Shown here in pieces: positions 8,449 to 18,035 of a DNA stretch of 64,000 bases. Below the pieces are notes generated by a model. That model was not told where the DNA came from, did no database searches, and saw only the letters and a program-made list of their open reading frames with translations. The stretch covers positions 7,616 through 71,615 of the forward strand of contig DATDRZ010000001.1 of assembly GCA_035291465.1 (NCBI GenBank), written 5' to 3'. Position 1 is the first letter of the stretch; every line of letters begins with the position of its first letter. The stretch comes from Anaerolineales bacterium. Its GTDB lineage: Bacteria > Chloroflexota > Anaerolineae > Anaerolineales > UBA11579. A program made the position numbers and the translations under genes.

Positions 8449-11016
8449 TTAGATAACCCGCACCGTTGAGCCCCTGGCGCCTTTCTCCACCTCGATTTTT
8501 GTGGGGAAAGCGTCCTTTAGCGCTTCGACGTGAGTGATAACCAGGATTTTGGCGAAATCCTGTCTCACCATATTGATAGCTTCGATCAAGCGCTGGCGTC
8601 CGGCTTCGTCCTGGCTGCCGAAGCCTTCATCGACCACCAGCGTCTGCAGCCGGGCCCCGGCGCGCTGCGCCAGCACCTCGGAGAGGGCCAGCCGGATGGC
8701 GAAGTTGATGCGAAAAGCTTCGCCGCCTGAGAACATTTCGTATTCCCGGGTCCCGGCGCCATCGCTAATCTGGATGTCCAGCGTTTCACGCAAGTCCTTG
8801 CGTTTGGAGTCTTTGTATTGCTCTTGAGTGACGAAACGAATGTTCATTCCACCCGCGCTAAGTCGATCCAGGATCTGGTTTGCCTTGGTCTCAATCTGGG
8901 GGAGAGCCTGCTCGATGAGCATAGCCTGCACGCCGTCTTTACCAAAGGCGCGCTCAAGCGCCTGAAACTGGCTCACCTGGGCTCCCAGTTCTTCTCGCTG
9001 AGCTTCATAGTCCTTACGGCGGGCGCGCAGAGTATCCAGCACCTCGACCTCCTGCTGGGCAGCCCCTAATGACGCTCGCGTTTTGTTTTCTTGCTCCTGC
9101 ATTTCCAGCATGGCGCGCTCGGCGCTTTGCAAGTCCGGCAACCCCGTCTGGACGGAGGCGAGCGCCTCCGCGGCTTGCCGGTGCGATTCCTCTTGGGCAG
9201 CCAGTTCCTTTTCCTGAGTAGTTATTTGTTTCTGTAAATCCTTGATTTCGCGCTCCAACGGTTTGGAGGCTGCCCGCGCTTGCTCCAAGGCGCGCTGATC
9301 CTCCTCGGCAGCCCGGGTCCCTTGTTCGCGTTTGCGCGCCGCGTCGTGCTCGGTGGCATCGTAACCGGTGGCTTTCAGCTCGGCGTCGAAAGCGGCCAGT
9401 TCTTTGTGCGCCTGAAGAGCGTAATCTTCTTTTTCCAGCCTCGCCAGGATTTCTTCGAGGCGCGGGCCGCGTTTTTTCTTCCACTCCTTCGCGACCGCTT
9501 CCATTTCTTCCAATCGACTCTGCAACTGCCCTTCATTTAGTTTTTTGGCGCGCAGATCTTCTTCTTTTTGGCTGAGCCCCGCTAAAGATTGTTCTAGTTG
9601 TTCGACGCGTTTCGCCGTATCGACCACCGCTTTTTCATTTGCGCGATACTTGGCGGCTACGGATTTGCCCTCTTTGGTCAACTCGGCGATCACCGAGGCG
9701 CGGTGCGCTTCGGTCAGCGGCTGCCCGCAGGTGGGGCAGTCGGCCGACCCTTTGGCCTCTTCCATCAGATCAATCTTGGCCCGCAATGTCTTCATCTCAG
9801 CCATCATGATTGGGTTGGCTGTCTTTACCCGAGTTTCTTCTTCACGCTCTTTCTTGAGGTTTTCTTCCAATTTTGAACGGTTGGCGATTTCTTTTTCTGT
9901 TTTGGCAAGTTCTTCCTGTAAAGATTTGTGTTCTTCTTGCAGAGCAGACTGGCTGGCTTGCAACGATTCCAGATTTGCCCTTTCCCCTTCCAACGCCTCC
10001 AATTCCGTCTCGAGACGCGCACGTTCGGCCTCAATTTGACCCAGCGGCCCGCTGCGTTTGAGTTCCTGTTCCCGGAAGCGGCTGGCAATCGCGTCCCATT
10101 GGGTCAACTCGTCGCGGGCGGTTTGCCAGGCTTTGTAAGCCTGTTCGATTTCCTTGGAACGCCCCAGTAGATCGGCGAAGCCTGCCTGTTCTGCCTGCCG
10201 CTCACTTAGCCGGGTTGTCAAATCAACCAACAGCGCCTGGCCGCGTTCCACGCTTGCCGCCAAGGTGGCCACGAGGGTGGATTGCTGTTCAATTGCGGCG
10301 GCGCGCGCCCGCAGTTCTTCCAGTGCACGTTCCTGGGTTGCACGTGCTTTGCTCAGGCTATCGAGTTGCGCCTGCAGCTCTTTGAGCCGCTGTTTGCGCT
10401 GCGCCTCCTCTCCAAGCTCGGCGACTATCTCCTGGAGACGACCCTGCAGCACAGCGATCTGGTCTTCGAGCGCCTTACGGCGCTCGGCAGCTTTCAGCCG
10501 GTACTGATCCCAGATCTCTAAGCCCAGTACGCTGCTGAGGATGCGCTTGCGGTCTGACGGGTTCTGCTGAGTGAATTGATCCGCTTTACCTTGTAGAAAA
10601 AAAGACGCGTTGACGAATGTTTCATAATCCAGGCGCAATGTCTTGCGGATCAGCGTTTCAGTTTCACGCAGGGTATGTTCCGTCAAGGCTTTCCATTTGC
10701 CCTCTTTATTCCGGATGTGGAACTCCAGCAAGCTGCGTTCGTCACGCGGCGTGGTACGCTGAACGCGATAGGTGTTGCCTTCGTAGCTGAAGGTAAAGGT
10801 TACTTGAGCCGCGTTTACATCTTTGTGTGAGTTGATCAGCGCGTCGCCGCGGGCGCGCGCCTGTCCGAACAGGGCAAAGGTGATCGCATCGAGCAACGAA
10901 GACTTGCCCGCTCCGTTGGGCCCTGAGATGCAGGCCAGCTCGAATTTGCTGAAATCCAGTTCGGCCGGATCGCGATATGACAGAAACCCTGAAATCTGTA
11001 GCTTAATTGGAATCAC
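8449..11016 (-). CDS. sbcC: SbcC/Rad50-family ATPase with coiled coil and zinc hook
   Basis: N-terminal IKLQISGFLSYRD...ISGPNGAGKSSLLDAITFALFG (Walker A). Long Glu/Ala/Leu-rich coiled coil with a central CPTCGQP hook. C-terminal FSGGEAFRINFAIRLAL and LQTLVVDEGFG (signature, Walker B). Start is uncertain: GTG at 11016 or TTG at 11061. Confidence 0.85.
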   Translation of the reverse strand: MIPIKLQISGFLSYRDPAELDFSKFELACISGPNGAGKSSLLDAITFALFGQARARGDALINSHKDVNAAQVTFTFSYEGNTYRVQRTTPRDERSLLEFHIRNKEGKWKALTEHTLRETETLIRKTLRLDYETFVNASFFLQGKADQFTQQNPSDRKRILSSVLGLEIWDQYRLKAAERRKALEDQIAVLQGRLQEIVAELGEEAQRKQRLKELQAQLDSLSKARATQERALEELRARAAAIEQQSTLVATLAASVERGQALLVDLTTRLSERQAEQAGFADLLGRSKEIEQAYKAWQTARDELTQWDAIASRFREQELKRSGPLGQIEAERARLETELEALEGERANLESLQASQSALQEEHKSLQEELAKTEKEIANRSKLEENLKKEREEETRVKTANPIMMAEMKTLRAKIDLMEEAKGSADCPTCGQPLTEAHRASVIAELTKEGKSVAAKYRANEKAVVDTAKRVEQLEQSLAGLSQKEEDLRAKKLNEGQLQSRLEEMEAVAKEWKKKRGPRLEEILARLEKEDYALQAHKELAAFDAELKATGYDATEHDAARKREQGTRAAEEDQRALEQARAASKPLEREIKDLQKQITTQEKELAAQEESHRQAAEALASVQTGLPDLQSAERAMLEMQEQENKTRASLGAAQQEVEVLDTLRARRKDYEAQREELGAQVSQFQALERAFGKDGVQAMLIEQALPQIETKANQILDRLSAGGMNIRFVTQEQYKDSKRKDLRETLDIQISDGAGTREYEMFSGGEAFRINFAIRLALSEVLAQRAGARLQTLVVDEGFGSQDEAGRQRLIEAINMVRQDFAKILVITHVEALKDAFPTKIEVEKGARGSTVRVI

Positions 11017-11125
11017 GTGGGAAATCCCGAGGCATTTTAACGGAGATTTGCGAAAAACCAATCAGGTAAGTAAGAAAGGATGGCTGCCGCCAATCTATAA
11101 TAGTGAAACATGGAGGTTACCTAAC

Positions 11126-11542
11126 ATGCAAGTTTCCCTTGATTGGAAACAGGGTTTGAGTTTCAAGGGCACGGCGCCCAGTGGGCATTCAGTCGATCTG
11201 TGCGCATACAGGGACGTGGGTGGCGGAGGCGATGGTTTCGCGCCAGAGGAGTTGGTGGCTATAGGGTTGGGCGGATGCACGGGCATGGATGTTGTCTCCA
11301 TCCTGCGAAAGAAACAACAAGATGTTCAGAAATTACAGGTGCGCGTGACCACTCAGAAAAAAGATGAGCACCCCAAAGTATGGACCCGTGCCCTGATTGA
11401 ATATTTGGTTACCGGAGCAAACATCGACCCCAGCGCGGTTGAGCGCGCCATCCAACTTTCCTCTGAGAAATATTGTCTTGTGCAGAACATGCTGAAAGCC
11501 AGCGTAGAGATCGAGACGCGCTATGAAATCATGGCCCCTTAG
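11126..11542 (+). CDS. OsmC/Ohr-family peroxiredoxin-like protein
   Basis: ATG at 11126 follows GGAGG (11112-11116). APEELVAIGLGGCTGMDVVSIL and EKYCLVQNML carry the two conserved Cys. The 5' part of ORF 10823..11542 overlaps sbcC antisense and is rejected. Confidence 0.85.
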   Translation: MQVSLDWKQGLSFKGTAPSGHSVDLCAYRDVGGGGDGFAPEELVAIGLGGCTGMDVVSILRKKQQDVQKLQVRVTTQKKDEHPKVWTRALIEYLVTGANIDPSAVERAIQLSSEKYCLVQNMLKASVEIETRYEIMAP

Positions 11543-11557
11543 TCGCTGCCTCACCTT

Positions 11558-13099
11558 CTAATGATTTGATGTAATTTCAGTTGACTGAATTTCGGGGGTG
11601 GGAAGCGGTACCGCCGCCGCCGCCGAGGTGATTGCGCTGGCCGCATCCGAACAGGTGCAGGCCCGCACCTGATAGCCAAGCCTTGTGAGTGTGCCACCGT
11701 ACGGGGCGCCGGCTTCCTGGGGAACCCAGCCCTCCATCACAAAGGGAATGGACCCCGCGGCTTCGATCCATTCGCCATTGTATTTGCGGGCAATGTGTAC
11801 ATGGGTGCCTGTAGATTCGCCGCCTTCGCATGAAGGGTGGCCTATCGGTTGCCCGGCCAATAAGTGGTCTCCCACGCGAGCCTTATCTATTTTCCCAAGG
11901 TGCAGATAAAAGATTGCCCATCCGGTACGCTCGTCGTTATCACCATCCAAATCCAGAACAACTACACCTGTTTCTGTGCGCACTACGGTTCCATCCGCAA
12001 TTGCCGTTGCCCACAACTTGCTGCCGAAGCAGCCCTTGCCTTCGCCCGGAGCGAAATCCAATGCAGCCCAGGGCTCACCATGTCCCCAACCTGTGTGTGG
12101 CCCGCCAGTTAATGCCCAAACGTCACCGGAGGAAAATGGCAGCTGGAATTCGGGCTGCGCAAGGCTGCCCGGGAGATGGGCCGTATCGCCTTGCCATGCG
12201 TCTCCAAAGAGAGACGCATAAGTGTAGGCCAGCCCTTCGGGTGAAATGGCAAACTCGAATTCATCGGATGGCAACGCTTCGTTGAAATACATCTGCAGCG
12301 CCACTGAGGCTGCGGTCTGCCATGGGTCAGGGCGGTAAATAGTTCCATCGCTCAGGTCGAATTCAATCAGCTTGCCATTGCGCCATGCATAGTAGCCATT
12401 GTTCAATTGGTTGGCCGCCCATACCAGCTGTAAATACACCGATCCATATCCTCGGCGCTCATACCCAAGGGGATAAGTGAGATCGGGATCTTTGACTGGC
12501 TGGCTGAGCGCCCCTGCCTGGAATTCCAGTAGCGCCAACAAAAGCTTCGGGCTTACGCTGAAATTGGTAGCGACCACATCCACCAGTCCTGCTCCTGTCC
12601 GCTGCAACCCGTACGCGTACTCGCGGTAATTTTTCAGCCAGCCGGGTTGCACATCGACGAAAGCCCGAGTGTCGAAATCGATCACCGCGCGCCCGTTTAC
12701 AAAATGCGAATCCGGAATAATTTGATACGCCGAGCCCCAATAGGCGCGGTAATAGATCGGGATCTGCATAGGCATGCCGGCAGGCAGCGTGGTTGCGCTA
12801 TCCGGGATGATCGGATTTGCCGCGCGGATTTCTTCAATGGTTGTGTTGAAACGAGCCGCTAATGCGATGAGGTTGTCCCCGTTTTGCGCGATGTATTCCA
12901 CTAGCGTGCCCGGCTCATAGGCTGGGCGCGTGGGCAATGGTGTTGAGGGAACCAGGGTCTCAGTGGGAACAAGGCTTGGTGTCAGCGAAGGCGTCGAATT
13001 CGCCGGGGTTGGCAGTTCTGCTGTTTGCGGGCCGCAGGCAGACAACAGCAGGCTGTATCCAAGAAAACCCAACCAAATGGCCCTTCTTGCAGTAAACAT
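11558..13099 (-). CDS. secreted LysM-domain M23 metallopeptidase, paralog 1 (lipoprotein)
   Basis: Signal/lipobox MFTARRAIWLGFLGYSLLLSAC. LysM segment YIAQNGDNLIALAARFNTTIEEIRAANP. M23 core DGDNDERTGWAIFYLHL...HPSCEGGESTGTHVHIARKYNGEW. Confidence 0.85.
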   Translation of the reverse strand: MFTARRAIWLGFLGYSLLLSACGPQTAELPTPANSTPSLTPSLVPTETLVPSTPLPTRPAYEPGTLVEYIAQNGDNLIALAARFNTTIEEIRAANPIIPDSATTLPAGMPMQIPIYYRAYWGSAYQIIPDSHFVNGRAVIDFDTRAFVDVQPGWLKNYREYAYGLQRTGAGLVDVVATNFSVSPKLLLALLEFQAGALSQPVKDPDLTYPLGYERRGYGSVYLQLVWAANQLNNGYYAWRNGKLIEFDLSDGTIYRPDPWQTAASVALQMYFNEALPSDEFEFAISPEGLAYTYASLFGDAWQGDTAHLPGSLAQPEFQLPFSSGDVWALTGGPHTGWGHGEPWAALDFAPGEGKGCFGSKLWATAIADGTVVRTETGVVVLDLDGDNDERTGWAIFYLHLGKIDKARVGDHLLAGQPIGHPSCEGGESTGTHVHIARKYNGEWIEAAGSIPFVMEGWVPQEAGAPYGGTLTRLGYQVRACTCSDAASAITSAAAAVPLPTPEIQSTEITSNH

Positions 13100-13150
13100 C
13101 TGGAAGATTATATAGTTTGGTTGTGAAAACTGTCGCAAGGTATGTTTTTC

Positions 13151-14647
13151 TTAGCTGGCACTCAACCCGGTCAGGAAATCACCAAAGATCAGGACCGCAG
13201 AGGCAAGTGTGTTTCCCAGACTTTCGTAAGTTGCCTGTCCTCTGCCCAGTCCATGCAGAGTGAAAGTATAGGCTGAATCTGGTAGTTCAATAATGGCAGA
13301 GTCAGCCACCACCCGCGGCCATTCAACCAACGAGCCGCGCTTGTTGTAGATCACGCTTCCTTGTGGCAACCTTGGTCGCAGCAGGCCGATCCGCGTAGCA
13401 TCGTTCGCGGTGTAGGTGGATATATATTTCATGATGGCTTCATTGCCGGCCGCGGTCAGGCGCTTGCCGTTGTAGAGATCCTCGAACAAGTTGAGGAGTT
13501 CACTGGCCGAGCTGCGCCTGGGCTCGATGTGCGTCGCCTTCAATCCCCAGCTTGCCCAGGTTTCTTCCAGCCAGGCAACTCCCAGGTCCTCAACTAAGGT
13601 CTCGGTGGCTTCCTCTTCTGAATCCACCAGCATGGCCCTAAGCAGGCTCGCATAGCTGCGACCGCCGGCCCCATGCTCGAGGAGATAATCCTCCCAATCG
13701 TCAATGTCTTGCTCTTCCAGCCACCGATAAAACGCCATGGCGATGGGGACCTTGATGGTAGATGCAGGATGGAAAGATGCATATGGGTTGAACTGATAAA
13801 GCGAAGGGCCACCGATTTGTTTGATGGCAGCATACCAGTCCCCGTCCGCGGCAAGCAAAAGCGAATCCAGCCGCGCGTGCAGCCGAGCGCTGCTTTCATC
13901 GGCAGGGAATTCAAGGCTGCGGCCATCCTTGACTCGCCAGATGCGGAAACCGCCCTTGCCCGTGTTGCCGAATCGATTCTTCAGCTGCCGGTTTCCCCAA
14001 TCCGCGAATTGTCCAACTCCCGGCTGCCGCGGGTCATAAAGCATGCGCTCCTCGATAACCGTTCCGGTAGTGACGAAGAAATTCGTCACCGAGTAGGCGC
14101 GCCCGGCATCGTCCACGCGGTTGACCACCAGGACGTGCTCGAACGTGTCACCTGGTGCGGCATGCAGATACATCAGGTCGCCCGCTTGCAGGGGAGCCTT
14201 GAAAAAATCGAAATCTTTTGTCGGTGTTTCGAACCACTGCCAGGTGTATAGCGATTCGGGAAAAGTGTCTTGAAGCGGCTGAAGGCTGTAGTCTGGATCC
14301 ACCAGCCAGAAATCGTGAGGCACCACCCAGGCACCTAGCAGTCCCGCGGCTTGCAGAATGGCGACCGCCAGCGGCCCGCACATCGTTGAAGCGTCTTCGT
14401 AAGGGCCTTCAATGAAGTCGACCTTGAGCGCCATCTCGCGGGCTGCCTCAATCTCGGGAGCTATGAAAATATGCGATGCCTCGATGAGGCGCTGCCGTTG
14501 TGCCGCACTCAGCACCGAAGGAGAAAGTGGTGGAGGAGGGCAGTAGGGGAGCGGCCGGCGCAGCGTTGGCGCGGCCGCAATGCTGAATGCGCTCAGTGAT
14601 GCCAGCTTTAGAAACTCGCGCCGCGATAAGTTGCCTGGCGATGCCAT
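13151..14647 (-). CDS. Tat-signal exported serine hydrolase, beta-lactamase/transpeptidase-like C-terminal domain
   Basis: ATG at 14647 gives MASPGNLSRREFLKLASLSAFSIAAAP, a twin-arginine signal. It contains an S-x-x-K motif (ASTIKVPIAMAF). The N-terminal ~200-aa domain is unassigned. The ORF maximum (14929) overlaps the upstream gene. Confidence 0.65.
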   Translation of the reverse strand: MASPGNLSRREFLKLASLSAFSIAAAPTLRRPLPYCPPPPLSPSVLSAAQRQRLIEASHIFIAPEIEAAREMALKVDFIEGPYEDASTMCGPLAVAILQAAGLLGAWVVPHDFWLVDPDYSLQPLQDTFPESLYTWQWFETPTKDFDFFKAPLQAGDLMYLHAAPGDTFEHVLVVNRVDDAGRAYSVTNFFVTTGTVIEERMLYDPRQPGVGQFADWGNRQLKNRFGNTGKGGFRIWRVKDGRSLEFPADESSARLHARLDSLLLAADGDWYAAIKQIGGPSLYQFNPYASFHPASTIKVPIAMAFYRWLEEQDIDDWEDYLLEHGAGGRSYASLLRAMLVDSEEEATETLVEDLGVAWLEETWASWGLKATHIEPRRSSASELLNLFEDLYNGKRLTAAGNEAIMKYISTYTANDATRIGLLRPRLPQGSVIYNKRGSLVEWPRVVADSAIIELPDSAYTFTLHGLGRGQATYESLGNTLASAVLIFGDFLTGLSAS

Positions 14648-14760
14648 GGAATCGAGCAGATTATGCCGCAAATGCGCGCCAAAGGTTAACCACCGCAGGC
14701 TGATCCTCCGCCCTATTTTCAAATCCCAAAAGGAAACCACGCCATTGGATCGTACGCCTT

Positions 14761-16401
14761 TTAGTATGGGTCGTTGCTGCTGCGCGCGATGCGCGTACCG
14801 GCATTGCTGCAGGTGCAGGCAGTGATCACGCTGCCTTCGCGCACCAGGCTGCCCAGGTAGGGTGCGCCGCCGTCCTGCGACACCCAGCCGCTCAGGTTGA
14901 ACGCCACGGGACCCGCCGCGCTGATCCATTCGCCATTGTATTTGCGCGCAATGTGCAGGTGAGTGCCTGTGGCATGGCCGCCTTCACAAGAGGGATTCCC
15001 GAGTTTGTCCCCTCGGTCCACCCAATCGCCGACGCGCAAATGGTCCGTATTGCTTACGTGCAAATAAAGGATGTCCCAGCCGGTCTGCTCATTTCCATCC
15101 CCATCCATATCGATGACCAGTACTCCTCTGCCAGCCCGTACCACCAAACCCGGCCCCGCCGCGGTGATCCACAAAGTGGATTCGGTACATCCTGGCAGAT
15201 CGCTGCCGGGTGCGAAATCCAGCGCCGCCATCGCTCCCTCGCGATCCCACGCGCCGTGGGGCCCGGCGGTGAAGTACCAGGTCTGGTTTTCGTGAAATGG
15301 CAATCCCAGATTTGGCTGGTCGAATTCCGGCGGGAACAACGGCTCGACCAGACTGGCCCTGTCCCAGGGATCGGGGAACATGGCTTTGCCGTGGGGGAGC
15401 GCAAAGCCGGTGTCCGGGTCGATGACCTCCGCCCAGTCTTCATAATCATAGAGTTTTGAGAACAAGTATTGCAGCGCCACTGTGCCGGCGTTCAGATCCG
15501 GAGCGATACGCAATCGGGTGCCGTCGCGGAAGATCAATTCCGTAAGGGTTCCCTCGCGCCAGCCGTAATAGCCGACAGATAACTGATCGGCCGCCCAGCC
15601 GAGTTGGTGGTAGAGCCGGCGCTCTTTGGGATCCTTGATTCCAATTGGATACTCCAGGTCTGAACCTGTCAGAGGTTCGCCCAGCACCCAATTGCTTTGA
15701 TATTGCAGGATGGACAGCAGGAGGCGAGGGTTGATGGATTGCTCCAATGCGACGCGCTCGACAATGGCAGGCCCGGTGTGCCAGCCGGAAGGCAGATACT
15801 CGCGCACATTGTCACTCATCAGATATCCGGCGAACGGCCCGGCGTAGCCGGCGACGCTGAAGCCGATGGCTGACGGCGAGTAGACGATCTCGCTGTCAGG
15901 CAGCAGGCGCTCATGCGGCGAGGTTTCGCCGAGAACATTGGGGATGGCGAAGATTTGACCGGCGTTGATCAGCCCGGTAGGAATATCTTGGGCCGAAACG
16001 ATCTGCTCCGGCGAAACGCCGAATCGAACGGCAAGCGCGGCCAGGGTGTCCCCCGATTGAGCGGTGTAAATGTACGGCGCGGCCGGCGACGGCGACTCCG
16101 CCGGCGTCGGGCTGGTTTGCACGGTCGGCGACGGGCTGGGGCGAGCGGGTTGTGGCGTTTCAGTGGGCGACAGCAATTTCGCCAGTGCTGTGGCCGAGGC
16201 CATGATGTCTTGCATAGCTTGCTCGGTCTGCTGGAGGCTGCCGGGGGTGATGTATCCGCCGCTGCACACCGCGGTGGCGAATGCTATCGCCAAAACGATC
16301 AGGCTGAATCGCAGCGAACGCGAACCGCTCAAAGAGGTAAAGATTACTCCGTGTCCCCGGGTCTGAGCCTGCCCTGAGCGAAGTGAATGGGTGGTTTTCA
16401 T
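14761..16401 (-). CDS. secreted LysM-domain M23 metallopeptidase, paralog 2
   Basis: LysM segment YTAQSGDTLAALAVRFGVSPEQIVSAQ. M23 core DGDGNEQTGWDILYLHV...NPSCEGGHATGTHLHIARKYNGEW. Hydrophobic leader LIVLAIAFATAVCSGG. The first ~15 codons overlap a short repeat motif, so the start is uncertain. Confidence 0.85.
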   Translation of the reverse strand: MKTTHSLRSGQAQTRGHGVIFTSLSGSRSLRFSLIVLAIAFATAVCSGGYITPGSLQQTEQAMQDIMASATALAKLLSPTETPQPARPSPSPTVQTSPTPAESPSPAAPYIYTAQSGDTLAALAVRFGVSPEQIVSAQDIPTGLINAGQIFAIPNVLGETSPHERLLPDSEIVYSPSAIGFSVAGYAGPFAGYLMSDNVREYLPSGWHTGPAIVERVALEQSINPRLLLSILQYQSNWVLGEPLTGSDLEYPIGIKDPKERRLYHQLGWAADQLSVGYYGWREGTLTELIFRDGTRLRIAPDLNAGTVALQYLFSKLYDYEDWAEVIDPDTGFALPHGKAMFPDPWDRASLVEPLFPPEFDQPNLGLPFHENQTWYFTAGPHGAWDREGAMAALDFAPGSDLPGCTESTLWITAAGPGLVVRAGRGVLVIDMDGDGNEQTGWDILYLHVSNTDHLRVGDWVDRGDKLGNPSCEGGHATGTHLHIARKYNGEWISAAGPVAFNLSGWVSQDGGAPYLGSLVREGSVITACTCSNAGTRIARSSNDPY

Positions 16402-16405
16402 TTTT

Positions 16406-17923
16406 CTATCGTTGCAGCATGTGATCGGGGTCGCGGCATTCGCAGGCTTCTACTGAGACTCCATCTTTTTGCAAGATGCCGTCATAGAGGATTCCCGAGC
16501 TGGTGGACAACCACCCGTCCATAATAAAAGGCATGCTGCCGTAGGCAGCAACCCATTCCCCATTATAACGGCGCGCGATGTGCAGATGGCTGGCAGTTGC
16601 GTAGCCCCCCTCGCACGATGGGTGCCCAATGCGGTCGCCAGCCTTCACCCTGGTTCCTACTTGCACCCGTCCGTTGCTCGCTATGTGCATGTAGAGGATG
16701 GTCCAACCGGTTTGCTCGTAGCCATCGCCGTCCAGGTCCTGGACCACGGCGCCGTTTTCCGACCTCACGATCAGCCCATCAGCTGCGGCCGCCACCCAAT
16801 CGGTGCTCTCGTTGCAGCCGAGCATTTCGCCGCGCGGCGCAAAGTCCAGCGCTGCCCAGGCGGAGTTGCCCCATCCGCCGTGCGGCCCGCCGCTGTACAC
16901 CCAGGGCACACCGACCTCAAAGGGCAACTGCAGCGAAGGTTGCGAGATGGTGCTCGGTACCAGCGGCTCTATCGCCAGATCAAATGGATAGCCAAAGTAT
17001 TGCTGATAGGTCTTATTGATGCCGCCGTCGGAAACGACAGTTCTCCACTGGTTTTCCGGATAGAGCAGTGAAAACAGATATTGGACGCCTGCGGTTCCGG
17101 GATTAATCGTGTTCGCCGCGGGGATGAAGGTCCCTTCGTTCGTGTGCCACCCAGCCACCAGACCGCTCTTCCAATCGTAATAACCTTTGTTGAGATTATC
17201 CGCCGCCCAGGACAGTTGGTTGTAGAGACCTGCGCGCCAAGCCTCCAACACACCCATGGGGAATTGCATCGTGCTGGTACGTGGTTTGTCCTCGCTGACC
17301 CAGCCACTCTGATATTCCAACACGGCCAGCAGTAATTTCGGATTCACCGAGAACTCGGTTGCCACACGGCGAACGATCTCAGCGCCGGTCAGAGAGCGGC
17401 CGTCAACATCCTCGCGATGATTCTTCAGGTAGCCGGGCTGCGAACCCACGAACGCGGCCACGTCGAAGAAAAGGGCGAACGGGGCATTCACCAGTTCGGA
17501 ATCGGGGATGATCTTGAAATCCGGTCCCAAGCTGACCGGAGTTTGCGGTGGAATAAGCAGGATCTGGCCGACTTCCAATGTGTTGGGGTCAAAGATATTG
17601 TTGGCGGCGATCAATGCTTCGAGCGTGACACCGAATCGGTCGGCGATGGTGGTCAAAATGTCATAGGGTTGCACAACATATTCGATGTGATCGCTGCGTA
17701 GTGTAGGTAGTCCATGCGGAGCATCGGGCGTTGGCGTGTAGATTGGCAGGTTTGGATCGCGAGTCGGCGGCAGGGTAGGCGGAGGCACTTCAGCGCCAAC
17801 CGGAGTGTTTTCCACTACGAGTGGAATCTCAACGATCGCGGTGGGCTCGCCAATCGTGGTCGTCGGATAATTGCAGGCCAGAATCGAAATGGCAATGGTA
17901 AGCGGAGCGAGAATCTTGTGCAT
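16406..17923 (-). CDS. secreted LysM-domain M23 metallopeptidase, paralog 3 (lipoprotein)
   Basis: MHKILAPLTIAISILAC lipobox from ATG 17923 (ORF maximum is TTG at 17980). LysM segment YVVQPYDILTTIADRFGVTLEALIAANN. M23 core DGDGYEQTGWTILYMHI...HPSCEGGYATASHLHIARRYNGEW. Confidence 0.8.
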   Translation of the reverse strand: MHKILAPLTIAISILACNYPTTTIGEPTAIVEIPLVVENTPVGAEVPPPTLPPTRDPNLPIYTPTPDAPHGLPTLRSDHIEYVVQPYDILTTIADRFGVTLEALIAANNIFDPNTLEVGQILLIPPQTPVSLGPDFKIIPDSELVNAPFALFFDVAAFVGSQPGYLKNHREDVDGRSLTGAEIVRRVATEFSVNPKLLLAVLEYQSGWVSEDKPRTSTMQFPMGVLEAWRAGLYNQLSWAADNLNKGYYDWKSGLVAGWHTNEGTFIPAANTINPGTAGVQYLFSLLYPENQWRTVVSDGGINKTYQQYFGYPFDLAIEPLVPSTISQPSLQLPFEVGVPWVYSGGPHGGWGNSAWAALDFAPRGEMLGCNESTDWVAAAADGLIVRSENGAVVQDLDGDGYEQTGWTILYMHIASNGRVQVGTRVKAGDRIGHPSCEGGYATASHLHIARRYNGEWVAAYGSMPFIMDGWLSTSSGILYDGILQKDGVSVEACECRDPDHMLQR

Positions 17924-18035
17924 GGAGGAGGTCAAAATAACGGGCCTTAGGCCGGCTCGTTTGTTATACAAAGGTTGCAAGGAATAAGCCAGCCGAAAAC
18001 CATTAGAATAAGGAAGGCTCAGCGTTCCGCAGATT

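Noticed and set aside
10823-11125. 5' extension of the OsmC ORF overlapping sbcC
   Set aside because: It is antisense to the sbcC Walker A region. A GGAGG-ATG start at 11126 gives a full-length OsmC domain.
14648-14929. N-terminal 94-aa extension of the beta-lactamase-fold ORF, overlapping the 3' end of M23 paralog 2
   Set aside because: The extension is Arg/Gln-rich and overlaps a well-supported gene. The internal ATG at 14647 yields a textbook twin-arginine signal peptide.
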